A stretch of 64,000 bases of DNA from Candidatus Dormiibacterota bacterium (GTDB taxonomy: Bacteria; Chloroflexota; Dormibacteria; Aeolococcales; Aeolococcaceae): positions 1,696,001-1,760,000 of the forward strand of contig OY970355.1 of NCBI GenBank assembly GCA_963718525.1, read 5' to 3'. Every line of letters begins with the position of its first letter. The stretch's first letter is position 1. The notes beneath the pieces were generated by a model that did no database searches, was not told the origin of the DNA, and saw only the letters and a list, made by a program, of their open reading frames with translations. The translations under genes and the position numbers were made by a program. Positions 61,951 to 64,000 of the stretch are shown piece by piece.

Positions 61951-64000
61951 ATGCGAAACCATCTCGAACGCCCGAACCAGATTGCCGTGGACGCCACCGC
62001 GCGCCGCCGCCGCCATCTGGCTCGTCACCACCGGCTCGTTGTCGGCATGTCCCGTGAACGCGAGCATCGCCGCTCACGCCGGATGGTCATCTGGTCGCTC
62101 GCCGGTGTGCTCTGCCTGCCGATCGCGGGCGCAGTGCTGGTCATGTTCGCGCTCGGCGGCGCGGCGGCCTCGACGGCTGCCGCGCGTGCGCGGGTGCTCC
62201 CTGCCGATTCGCTGGTCTTCGACCGCACGGGCGGGCTCATCGCGGATGTCCACCCGGCCGGCGCCACGCGGCTCCCCGTGCCGCTGACCGCGATCTCGCC
62301 GCTTTTGCAGCAGGCGATCGTCGCCGTCGAGGACCGCTCCTTCTGGACGGAGGGTGCCGTCGACGTGCCGCGGATGGCCGCTGCCGCGATCTCCGACCTG
62401 ACCCACGGCACCTCGCAGGGCGCCAGCACCGTCCCCATGCAGCTGGCGAAGATTCTCTACCTCAACAACTCGCGGACCTTTTCGTACAAGGTGCAGCAGA
62501 TCGCGCTCGCGGAGCGGCTGTCCAGCTCGAATTCGCGGGCGGTCATCCTTGACGACTACCTCAACGACATCTACTTCGGCTCCGGCGCCACCGGCATCCA
62601 GGCCGCGGCGCACACGTACTTTGGGATCGATGCGAGCCGGCTCGACCTGGCGCAGGCCGCGATGCTCGCGGGCATCCCCAACAACCCGACCGGCGACGAC
62701 CCGCTGATCAATCCCGCGGGAGCGGTCGCGCGACAGGAGCTGGTGCTGGATGCGATGTACGACACCGGTGCCATCACGCTGCAGGTCGAGCAGGCTGCCT
62801 TGCACGAGCGTCTCGCCTACACGTCGACGAATCCGGACAATGTCAACGTGTTGCCGTTCTTCACGGCGCGCGTCGTGAAGAGTGTGCAGACCACCTGGCA
62901 CCTCAACGCGCTGACGGCCGGCCTGCGAATCCTGTCCACCCTCGATCTCGGGCTCCAGCAGTTCACGCAGCACGCCGTGAGCACGCAGATCGCGCAACTC
63001 GGCCGCCTCCATGTCACCGACGGTGCGGCCGTGGTCATCTCGCCCGCATCGGGAGACGTGCTTGCGTATGTCGGCAGTGCGGGCGCGAACGTGCCCGGTG
63101 GTCAGATCGACATGGCGGCAGCGCCGCGTCAACCCGGATCGTCGTTCAAGATCTTCACGTACACCACGGCAATCCAGGATGCGCGCGTCAGCATGGTGAC
63201 ACCGGTGCTCGACGGGCCGTTGACACTTCCCACCGGCGGTGGACCGAACGGAACCCAGCCCTACAGCCCGCTCGACTACACGCGCACGTGGCACGGAGTT
63301 CCTGCCCGTCGAGGAGGCGCTCGGCAACTCGCTCAACATCCCCGCCATCCGTGTGGAGATGGCGACCGGCATCCCGGTCATCGTGGGCATGGCGCGAGCG
63401 ATGGGTGTCACCACGCTCGGCATGTCGCCACAGTCGTACAACCCGAGCATGACCCTCGGCACCTACCCGATCCCGCCGCTGGAGATGGCGCAGGCGGGGA
63501 CGGTGCTGGCGGACTCCGGAGTCCTCCATCCAGCTCGTTTCATCATTGCCGCCAGCCTCAACGGGCGCGTGCTGCCCCATGCGACCCCGGCAACAAAGAA
63601 GGTCGTCGATCCTCGCGCGGCGTACATCATGAACACGATCCTGAGCAACGACGCGAACCGCGTCCTTGACTTCGGCGCGCATGGCCTGCTGACGCTTCCG
63701 GGCCACCTGGTTGCTGCCAAGACTGGCACCAGCGAGAACTTCAAGGACAACTTCACCGTCGGCTGGACGCCGCAGCTCGCCACGGCGACCTGGGTCGGCA
63801 ACGCGGACGATTCGGCGATGCAGGGCACCACCGGCATCACCGGCGCCGCACCAATCTGGCAGACGGTGATGGCGCACGCGCTCACCGGCATCGCGGATCA
63901 CTGGCCGCCGATGCCCGCCGGGTTGACGACGGCCAGCACGGCATGGGGCACCGCCTACTTCATGCCGGGCACCGACGCCACCACCGGCAAGTCGGCGCTC
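61951..64000 (+). CDS. Class A penicillin-binding protein (transglycosylase/transpeptidase), +1 frameshift near 63300, 3' truncated by window
   Basis: AVEDRSF, GASTVPMQLAK, YLNDIYFG, RQPGSSFK (SxxK); after the frame change EEALGNSLNIPA (SxN) and AAKTGTS (KTG); start uncertain. Confidence 0.88.

Overview
High-GC (roughly 68-70% by eye) bacterial chromosomal window made up mostly of core genes in a Terrabacteria-type (Firmicutes/Chloroflexota-like) order. A soil lineage such as Ca. Dormibacterota is plausible but is only an inference. Blocks: recO-glyQS; a GAF kinase/NarL regulator/SDR/QueA-like cluster; ppdK; dnaG-rpoD-tRNA-Asn; an orphan ParA with a tail-anchored partner, then radC; a ChlD/ChlI-like AAA+/vWA pair; lepA-hemW-CIRCE-hrcA-grpE-dnaJ (no dnaK); hit-mtaB-rsmE; an RNase Y-like protein with LysR; a small accessory block; a UvrD-nuclease fusion and sirtuin; rpsU-ybeY-pth-mfd-mazG-divIC; two tRNA-Met genes; tilS-ftsH; panG-panB-panC-mini-panD-nadB-nadC; and a class A PBP running off the end. 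No integrase, transposase or CRISPR array was seen. Most unusual signals: (i) two long palindromic REP/MITE-like elements, each followed on one side by coding DNA whose synonymous positions are strongly G/T-skewed; (ii) pervasive -10 boxes about 6 nt before start codons (leaderless genes), including an initiator tRNA with G1 instead of C1; (iii) a 62-aa internally deleted PanD; (iv) an RNase Y homologue lacking the KH GXXG loop. Two single-base frameshifts (hemW, PBP) may be sequencing errors. All calls come from reading the sequence by eye; no searches were run.
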